A stretch of DNA of 47,975 nucleotides, taken from Lenisia limosa (Eukaryota > Protista > Breviatea). The stretch lies in NCBI GenBank assembly GCA_001655205.1, contig LPNZ01007145.1:1-47975 (forward strand), written 5' to 3'. Positions 40,301 to 47,975 of the stretch are shown here, piece by piece (the stretch's first letter is position 1; each line of letters opens with the position of its first letter). The position numbers were made by a program, and so were the translations under genes. Below the pieces are notes generated by a model. The model had not been told where the DNA came from. It ran no database searches and saw only the letters and a program-made list of their open reading frames with translations.

Positions 40301-43300
40301 GGTGTAAGTAGGGCTTCCCTGCGGTCAGAAAAAGACCGTCAAAATATCGATATTTATCGAGGATTTACCAGGTTCAGTCTTTTTTGGGACCTTAGGGAAG
40401 CCTAAGGCATAAACCATCCACATCACGTTTGAAAGGGGTAATAATGGTATTGATGAGCCTTATTCATCCGAACACACCCCAGGGTCAAAAACACACCCCC
40501 GGGTCCACAACACACCCCAGGGTCCAGAACATACCCCAGGGTCCAGAAGAGAGGAACATGAAGCTTGATGTCTTGCGAAGGGGGGCTGCCGACCTGAGAT
40601 GAGCATTAGGGGGTGGCTGACATTAATAGGTGAGTTTATGTAGACAAAAAGGACAATACCTCACTAACAGACAACCATAATTACTCTCACATACTTATAT
40701 AATCATTGTTTTTCAAGGTACCTCTTTAATCGTAGCAACCCTCACCCACCCAGGTCTAAACAGCTCAATGTCAACAGGAGGCGGCGCAACAACATAGCGG
40801 AAATCAGACTTGAGATGTTCGAGGAGGTTCGTTGGGTGCAGCGATGAGAGAACCACTGGGGGATGGGTGATCTTTATATGACTGTCAAAGACATCTTTAA
40901 GTTGATGCGATGAACAGCTTAACTTCACTCTGGTGATTTTTTGATTGAGAGGGTGAAGTTCACACACTGTGTTATATAATTGGAGGTCTTCTATGATATA
41001 ATAAACTCACCCCCCCACCCAGATCAGCCTCCCGAAGAGCAAGTCGGTCCGATGTTTTGATATCAATCGTGTCAGGCTGGGAAATAAAACTGAGCTCAGA
41101 TGCAGCATACAGAACTTCGACTTTCCGAAAATTGTGGGTAAGATGTAATCCATATCACTGGGGAAAAAGAAGCACAATGAAAGTGCAACTATGTAACTAC
41201 CAACTGTCACTGCATCTCCCAGGCCTAACCTGATAAACAGTCACTGCAGCTCCTATTTTGCCGGCTAAAAAGTGAAATAGAACAGAGGAGGGGACGTACT
41301 TATAATAATAGTACTGCACATTATTATAAGGAGCTTTATGAGCGAAGAAACACAAGAAAGAAGGGGTAGAATTGTGAATATACTCAAAAAGAAAGAGGAA
41401 CAACAACGCTGGCGGGCGAACATGATAGAGAAGACGACACCCTCACAGCTTCGGAGAGGAAAGACGGGCCACTCAGTGATATCACAACCTTGACGAGTTA
41501 AGAACCATCAAAGGTGTAATATCCATGTTTCTTGGTAATTTCGCGAGATTTTCAGTTTGCACGAAGTGATATCTTGCTTCACTTGAGCTAGGTTGTCATA
41601 AAAACACTACTAAAGTCATATTCTATAATAGGATTCTAAATCCTAATGCTGATCCACATATAGTATATCCGTTTATAAAAAAATAATATAGAAATACATA
41701 TTATTACCACAGCACATACCACGGTTTGCTCTGACGGGATGCGGACCGAAAGGAGGCGCATGACCAGTGCATGGTCTGCGGCTGGGAGGCCAGAAGCATG
41801 CAGCACTGCCGGGCAAATGTCAGAGTCTGACGCAATAACCTGGGAGAAGGGTCGGAGGAAATTTAGATGAATATTATGGGAAAAGTGCTAGTATGAATAA
41901 TATGAGACTTCAACACAAACAAAAAATAAGAGCAGAACATATTAAAACTAGAAACAAACCTAACAACATATTTTAACAGTAAAAGGGACAGAGATCGCTT
42001 GTGCTCAGCCTGTCATATTACCATACCTTGATGTTAACTGCGCCGTCGAGGGCCTTGATGTACTGCACCGACTGCAGAATTGAGCGTGTTCGAGTCGCTA
42101 CCAAGATGTGAGAAACATAAAGCAATGAGAAATAAAAAATAAGGTTGTATCTGGCCAAAGCCGTCAACACCATCACATTTACAATTGATAGAATGTTTAT
42201 CATGGGTCGCAACAGTGAGAATAGGGGATACATCATAATCGTGTAACCCCCCCCCCCCAAAAAAAAAAANNNNNNNNNNNNNNNNNNNNNNNNNNNNNNN
42301 NNNNNNNNNNNNNNNNNNNNNNNNNNNNNNNNNNNNNNNNNNNNNNNNNNNNNNNNNNCTCCAAGTAAGATGGAACCATGGGACGGGGTACACCCATCTC
42401 CAAGTAAGATGGAACCATGGGCGGGGGTATTTATAGAATCTCCTTTGATTGTCTTCCCTCAACACCCCAACTGACATTTTTTACAGTCCATGAAGAGCAG
42501 AGCGGTGATGTTGGCCAAACGCGGTTCAAGAGCTTCGGTGTAGGTCGAGTGGAATATCGACGCTTTCCTGTATGTGTCAAATGGCTAATTACATGTTAGA
42601 ATAGCTAAATAAAGAGGAAAAAAACAGAAGACAATCAATCATATTATGTGTGCCTGTACTGAAGCAACTATTTTGAAAGAGTAACATCACATGGATTACT
42701 TAACATATATTTTCCATTGCTCTTTTCAGTTTCCATGAGTATTTACAACCTTAAGAAGAAAGCAGTTCCCACTTACTCGCGAGCAAAGGCATCAGGGAAT
42801 ACCGTGGAAAGGTCTGAAGTTATCAAAATTGGGCCAAATTTTCCATAAAAAGCCTATGAAAAAAAAAAAAAAAAAAAAANNNNNNNNNNNNNNNNNNNNN
42901 NNNNNNNNNNNNNNNNNNNNNNNNNNNNNNNNNNNNNNNNNNNNNNNNNNNNNNNNNNNNNGAAAGGAAAAGCCTTGATTAAGGAAATGGATAAACATGA
43001 GCGTTATCAAAGCGCTAGCTTTCAGTCCAAATGAGCAAACTCGACAGTATAATTTCCTCTTAAGATGCAATATAGCGAATTATATGATGTACGTCCTACC
43101 TTCACTACCAGGGTGGACTGTCAAGGGGATATCTGCAATACTGATCTGGACTGATTAGACAAAAATACGGAGCTTCCAAGAGCTACAAAGAGCATTATGC
43201 CGATTAGATTATTATCCCCATCACCTCGTCCGGTCTGACACAGGCAAACAAGTCCACTGCTGCGAAAAGACTCGAGGAATGGGCATCCAATGTGTCTATG

Positions 43301-45469
43301 AGGTCAATTCAGGGGGGATTAAAACCAAATATACTCTGTGTTATGGTTGTTGGATGAGGGGATTGGTGCTAAATATTGTGGTTCAACACAAATCACATTC
43401 CACACCTAGACAGGGAACTATTTTTTCGACCTTCATCAACAACCCATTGAGGTCCAAAGCAATCAGCCTGTCACTTTCTTCAACGGCGATGTACTGTGGT
43501 AGTCCTGGGTGGTCATACAAATCACACATAAATGTCAGCCATGCGGGACAACCAGGGTGAAAGTATATATTATATATGATATCTGCAATCTATAATATAT
43601 AGTAATATATGGTATGTGATACAATTGCGCTGTCTCTACGTAAGGTTTGGATGAACACTTGCTTTGAACAAATATTTAGGTGGAGTGAGAGCTTCACATT
43701 GGTTCACATCGTTCAAAGAAGAGTATCACAACAAAACCATAAACTATCAATATTGTTCTGAATACACAATGCCAAACAAACCTTGGCTCTTCCTAAAAGG
43801 CTCGAAAGGGTTCAGTTCGGCCGGATCGGAGGGCAGGAAGCCTGTTTTGGTGCTGGACAGGCCCACTCGCCCCACGTCCACGCCATGACTGTAAATTGTA
43901 CCGTCGGCTGAAATGAGCTGGGGGGCTGCGAAGCCCTTGGAGTCTAGGTCAAGTTCGAAATCTAGCTTTGACTGGGGGGGGGGGGGNNNNNNNNNNNNNN
44001 NNNNNNNNNNNNNNNNNNNNNNNNNNNNNNNNNNNNNNNNNNNNNNNNNNNNNNNNNNNNNNNNNNNNNNNNNNNNACGAAGGAAATTTCGATGAAGAGG
44101 GGTAGTGGTGAATTTGATAGACATTTAAGAAACAAAATACAGCAAACAGCTATTATTTTGCAGAGGGATATCTTTTGATTGTTACACAGAAAACGCCCCT
44201 GAGGATCCCCCCACGGGAATATCCTGTCACACACCCCACCAGCGTATCCTGGGCCGGGGCAGCCTGATCCGACAAGAGCCACACGGCGCCCTCCAAAGGG
44301 CCCTCCTGCCACGCTAGAACGCGCCTCACGCCCGACGCGAATCCTGCAGGAACGCTTGTTGACGTTTCTATGTCGTGACGGGAGGCGGGAAATGTGAAAA
44401 AAGTGAAGCTGATTGAGCCAAAAATAATCAGCCAAAAGATGTGTAAATAATATACCTAAAAGATTATGTTGGGGCCCAACTGGGATATTGTTAAAACTAA
44501 AGAGGCAAAGAAAACCGATATAGACGTCAGCCATAATCTGTTTATGCTGTGACGTTCTTTATTGAGAACTATATAAATAGCACGAGAAAAGAAAACCAGG
44601 TGTTAGTACAAGGTGGTCCATGTCCAGCACACCATAAACAAGGGCGTCAATGTCCAGCCCACCATAAACAAGGGAGACGGGCACGTCAGACGGCCAATTA
44701 TCGACCAAACTATCGAGGATACTCTGTTCCAACACGGCTCCAATGGCAACAAACGTCACCTACAGCATGAAAAGGGATTGTGGATGTGGGCATGCTGGTG
44801 CTGCGGTTCACATACATTCAAAGAGCTGGGGAAGTTTCAGTATGTATAAATGAGAAAACACGTTCACAAATACAATGATTCGAATAGAGTCACCTTTATT
44901 ATTACAATGTAATTCATTGTTCTTTTCCTCAATTTCTTCAACTTTAATAACATCTTACACCTTTCTGCACTTAAAATATTAATTAAAATACAAGCAAAAT
45001 GTACAAATGGGCTGGATATCTTCCATTTCCAGTAACCCATCAAACCGATTCAACTGATTTGTCGAAGTTGATCACTGAAAGGAGTGAGCTGTAAAGCAGA
45101 AGGCAGCCTGCTGTGTTGTCACCACAAGTTGCCACTATAGACACTCCTGAAGCTATTGACAGAAGAGCCAGCAGCGCAACAATGCGACTAACAGCAGAAA
45201 TCATTGTGATCCAGAGTGGCGTCTTTGTTCTCTCCTTCTGCTTCCTGTCCCTTCTTCCTTCTTTTCTTACTGCAGTGTCTGGCAGTTACGCACCAGTTAC
45301 GTGTGTCAGTAATGTGAACTTTGAACTTAAATGCATCAATAATCTGGGGGTGTACACAACCCAGGAAACAGAAGTCTCACACACAAACCCTCCGTGGTTG
45401 TGTGTCAGTTACCAGGAGGAAACTGGAGGTGTATAGTATATAAATACACCGGAAAAGCGACGCTCTCAT
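37322..45469 (-). CDS. Tandem GT2-like (GT-A fold) plus GT4-like (GT-B fold) glycosyltransferase-family protein with degenerate catalytic motifs
   Basis: GT2-like: VTFVAIGAVLEQSILDSLVDNW (~44700-44759), PAGFASGVRRVLAW...AVWLLSDQAAPAQDTL joined in phase 0 to SKLDFELDLDSKGFAAPQLISADGTIYSHG, then LFAAVDLFACVR. GT4-like: VVAPPPVDIELFRP, FMFLSSGPWG/SSSGFDALLEAFIQEFSSNDSAEL, VYAAADSFVAPNRGSG/WPSEAAEALAAGLPII, WAHPSIHSLRQLMRL, SARNHLETIASQSATSEVIVNGL. Start (MRASLFRFLL at 45469) and end are tentative. Confidence 0.72.
38560..38658. mobile_element. hAT-like MITE copy 1 (intronic)
   Basis: Imperfect terminal inverted repeats ttgagcttcacttc..ttcgaaaaagac / gtctattttcgaa..gaagtgaagcccta; 8-bp flanks gtgctgta / ctgatgta (6/8 identical); core aaaatatcgata shared with the other copies. 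Confidence 0.65.
38720..38781 (-). repeat. 31-bp tandem duplication spanning a 5' splice site
   Basis: taccaaacactcgaatagcctgctgttcccc / taccaagcactcgaatagcctgctgtttcgg on the plus strand. Confidence 0.85.
39475..39559. repeat. (GAGAGGAAAA)n 10-bp microsatellite; pyrimidine tract upstream of a GT-gene acceptor on the - strand
   Basis: About 8 near-perfect copies are directly visible. Confidence 0.9.
40309..40405. mobile_element. hAT-like MITE copy 2 (intronic)
   Basis: TIRs tagggcttccctgcggtcagaaaaagac / gtcttttttgggaccttagggaagcctaa; flanks ggtgtaag / ggcataaa (5/8, mismatches are transitions). Confidence 0.65.
40471..40546 (-). repeat. 19-bp x4 tandem repeat spanning a 5' splice site
   Basis: aacacaccccagggtccag-like units at 40471, 40490, 40509 and 40528; the functional donor is inferred at 40534. 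Confidence 0.9.
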
Positions 45470-45899
45470 GGCACTCCGCTTTTCCTTTTTGAATCTCCAA
45501 TTCTCAACGTTTTTCAACCATCACAAATGGCAGCAGTCAGCACAGTGAAGAAGACCATTGATTCAAATGCAATTCAAATGTCTACTGTGGAGCATCGTAA
45601 TAATTGTTATTCAAGAAGTACTAATTGTACAGAGCCCAAGCAAAATCGGAACAAATAATTCCCTCACTAAAAAAACAAAAAAAAACGAACCACAGTGTTG
45701 TAGAACTAATCAGCTTTATCTAACCAATATACACAGTGTACNNNNNNNNNNNNNNNNNNNNNNNNNNNNNNNNNNNNNNNNNNNNNNNNNNNNNNNNNNN
45801 NNNNNNNNNNNNNNNNNNNNNNNNNNNNACTAGGGCTGAATTTTCAAACGTATTAACTAATAAAAGAAGGCTATCAGAAGCAGTAGAACGCGAGGTACA

Positions 45900-47975
45900 T
45901 GTTAAGAATACAAAACAAACAATCAGCCATAATTCCCACCTTCGCCTGTAGTGTGGTCGATGTTGATGGGAGCGGTGCCATACTCTGAGGGGGTCTGGTA
46001 CTACAATGTCAGCGGCATCGGAGAGGAAAGGAAAAATTGTTGAAAATACCCCCAGATCAATTGTCCGCAAAACAGTTCATAAACCCAAGAGTTGAAAACA
46101 ACAAAAACAAAGGATAAGCCTATCGCTTCTGTGCATTAGAGGGGGGGCAAACAACACAAACAGAGTTGACCCCCCCCCCCTGACCNNNNNNNNNNNNNNN
46201 NNNNNNNNNNNNNNNNNNNNNNNNNNNNNNNNNNNNNNNNNNNNNNNNNNNNNNNNNNNNNNNNNNNNNNNNNNNNNNNNNNGGGTGGGTCTCCGAGAGC
46301 CTCTACGTCTCATGCTCTCCTGGCCGCTATCGGCGTCATAACCGTCTTCCTCCTGGTCCTCATATTCGACCTCGGGTTGCGTGAAGCGCGAGTCTTGACG
46401 GGTGGATTGACTGCAAATTGGTGAGACGGTTCAATGAGGTCAATGCTCAACGAAAGCCATGATATTGCCGCGGTTTTGCCAGTTCTTGAGAAGAACCCCC
46501 CAACCTGGAATACACATCTGGGGTGGCCTCAACAATCTCAAATTTGTTTCTTCTCAACTTGCCGATAATGACCTTGAATGGTGAGAAGAGTGTAGAGAAC
46601 CATGTTTTTAACAGGAAAGTCTGGCTAACCGTTGCACCAAGAGGGGCATGCACAGCCCTCTCCTGAAGAACAGGCCTCTCAGTGCCATTGGGAGAGATTA
46701 CCCATGATTTGCCACGAGATTGCGCAACCACGTCAGCGCCACCTTGCGGATGGGGTTTGATCTGGGGGGGGGGTGAAGATGGAAAATTTATGAGACCAAA
46801 AAAACGTAACTTTGTTGGCTGACNNNNNNNNNNNNNNNNNNNNNNNNNNNNNNNNNNNNNNNNNNNNNNNNNNNNNNNNNNNNNNNNNNNNNNNNNNNNN
46901 NNNNNNNNNNNNNNNNNNNNNNNNNNNNNNNNNNNNNNNNNNNNNNNNNNNNNNNNNNNNNNNNNNNNNNNNNNNNNNNNNNGAAGGAAGTTTTAAATGT
47001 GAACACTCGGTGTAACAAAGGTACGGCCCTCAAACGAAGACATGGCGCCTTGATATGGCGTTGTCACCGAATTCATTGTCGTCTTCTTCGGTGAAGAGCT
47101 GCGGAGTCAGAGGAGGACGAGATAAATATCCATATTTTACCCGTCTTTTTCGAATTGAAGGGAAGCCTTATAATATACTATATGTATATACATCACAAAA
47201 AAAAAAAAAAAAAAAAAAAANNNNNNNNNNNNNNNNNNNNNNNNNNNNNNNNNNNNNNNNNNNNNNNNNNNNNNNNNNNNNNNNNNNNNNNNNNNNNNNN
47301 NNNNNNNNNNNNNNNNNNNNNNNNNNNNNNNNNNNNNNNNNNNNNNNNNNNNNNNNNNNNNNNNNNNNNNNNNNNNNNNNNNNNNNNNNNNNNNNNNNNN
47401 NNNNNNNNATAAGGCCATCGAACGTGATGTTATAACACAGCCCCGATTGAGGACCCGAGATAACCTGAAACATGAGATTTGAACACGGTCAATGACGTAT
47501 AAAAGAAGTATTCCCCAAAAGGCACGCACCTTCAAGGCGAACGCGTCCTGTCGCGTCATAGCCAGGTCAGCCTCGTCGTCCTCATAATCTACATTGTCAA
47601 CGGCACCCTTGGCTCCACCAAACACCCAGAATAATTCACTACACACACACCCAATATAATGCACACCAAGAATAATTCACAATTCCCTATGGTCCGAAAA
47701 GACCGTCAAAATGTCGATATTTCTCGTAATTTATTGGGGTGATTTCGTCTTTTTTGGGACCGTAGAGAAGCCCTATTCACATGACCCCCTTCGGACCTAA
47801 AAAAGGCTCGTTAGCAGTGGCGTTGGGATCATTCTTGCGCTTCTTCTTCGAGCTGGCTCCGGGTGTCTCCGTGAAGTATCCTCCTCCCTGGTCGGTGTAT
47901 TCGGGCATGTCCGACTACGGGGGGTAAAATTGGAAAATTTATGAAACAAAAAAGCCCAGATCAACTCTGTTGGCT
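45900..47975 (-). CDS. FHA-domain protein, partial (5' end beyond the window; 3' end uncertain)
   Basis: Exons SDMPEYTDQGGGYFTETPGASSKKKRKND (NLS-like), AFALK/VISGPQSGLCYNITFDGL, FGDNAISRRHVF/IKPHPQGGADVVAQSRGKSWVISPNGTERP, VIIGKLRRNKFEIV give the FHA pattern (L-V-x-GP..G, D..ISRRH, NGT); acidic exon EVEYEDQEEDGYDAD follows. Confidence 0.7.
47683..47775. mobile_element. hAT-like MITE copy 3 (intronic, left end eroded)
   Basis: ttccctatggtccgaaaagaccgtcaaaatgtcgatattt...gtcttttttgggaccgtagagaagcccta; flanks ttcacaa / ttcacat. Confidence 0.6.

Larger units (their letters stand above)
12141..47409. other. Assembly gaps (14 N runs between these coordinates)
   Basis: N runs start near 12141, 14015, 19615, 19880, 26323, 29189, 34950, 42270, 42880, 43987, 45742, 46186, 46824 and 47221; most abut poly-G/C or poly-A runs in introns. 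Confidence 0.95.

Noticed and set aside
44549-44849. Plus-strand small ORFs with a CPAHHKQGR or VQxTINKG duplication
   Set aside because: Better explained as a minus-strand GT2 exon (VTFVAIG...VSLVY) with a duplicated donor site. The synonymous look of the CPAHHKQGR frame rests on two differences only.
45829-45840. tagggctg next to a gap as a fourth MITE end
   Set aside because: Only six matching bases, with no core or partner TIR visible.
47137-47473. ORFs running through N-gaps (also near 12044, 19491, 26246, 29154, 42034, 43747, 45720, 46788)
   Set aside because: Their length comes from X codons and homopolymers; they are not evidence of coding potential.
1-47975. Endogenous giant virus, Polinton or retrotransposon
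   Set aside because: No capsid, packaging ATPase, polymerase, integrase, RT or transposase motifs were recognised; all genes are intron-rich host-type genes.

Overview
Draft-assembly DNA (14 N-gaps, most beside poly-G/C or poly-A runs) from an intron-dense eukaryote. The many short GT-AG introns and the gene content suggest a protist, possibly an amoebozoan (inference). The supplied ORF track mostly shows exon fragments or antisense shadows, so I read genes by hand through splice sites; all boundaries are approximate and all family calls come from motif recall, not database searches. About eight genes are present: (1) 5' part of a Furry/MOR2-PAG1-like gene (-); (2) a Cys-rich type I membrane protein (+); (3) a NELF-C/D (TH1-like) gene (-) that appears to carry an N-terminal array of RNA Pol II CTD-like heptads; (4) an Ig/Big_1-like repeat membrane protein (+); (5) an orphan gene (-); (6) a second Ig-like repeat protein ending in a STRA6-like membrane domain with the calmodulin-binding motif (+); (7) a GT2+GT4 tandem glycosyltransferase-like gene whose four catalytic motifs all look degenerate (-); (8) part of an FHA-domain gene (-). 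Non-coding structure: three copies of a ~98-bp hAT-like MITE in introns, several tandem duplications sitting on splice sites, and two introns with homologous 3' ends. No rRNA, tRNA, CRISPR array or intact transposase was recognised.
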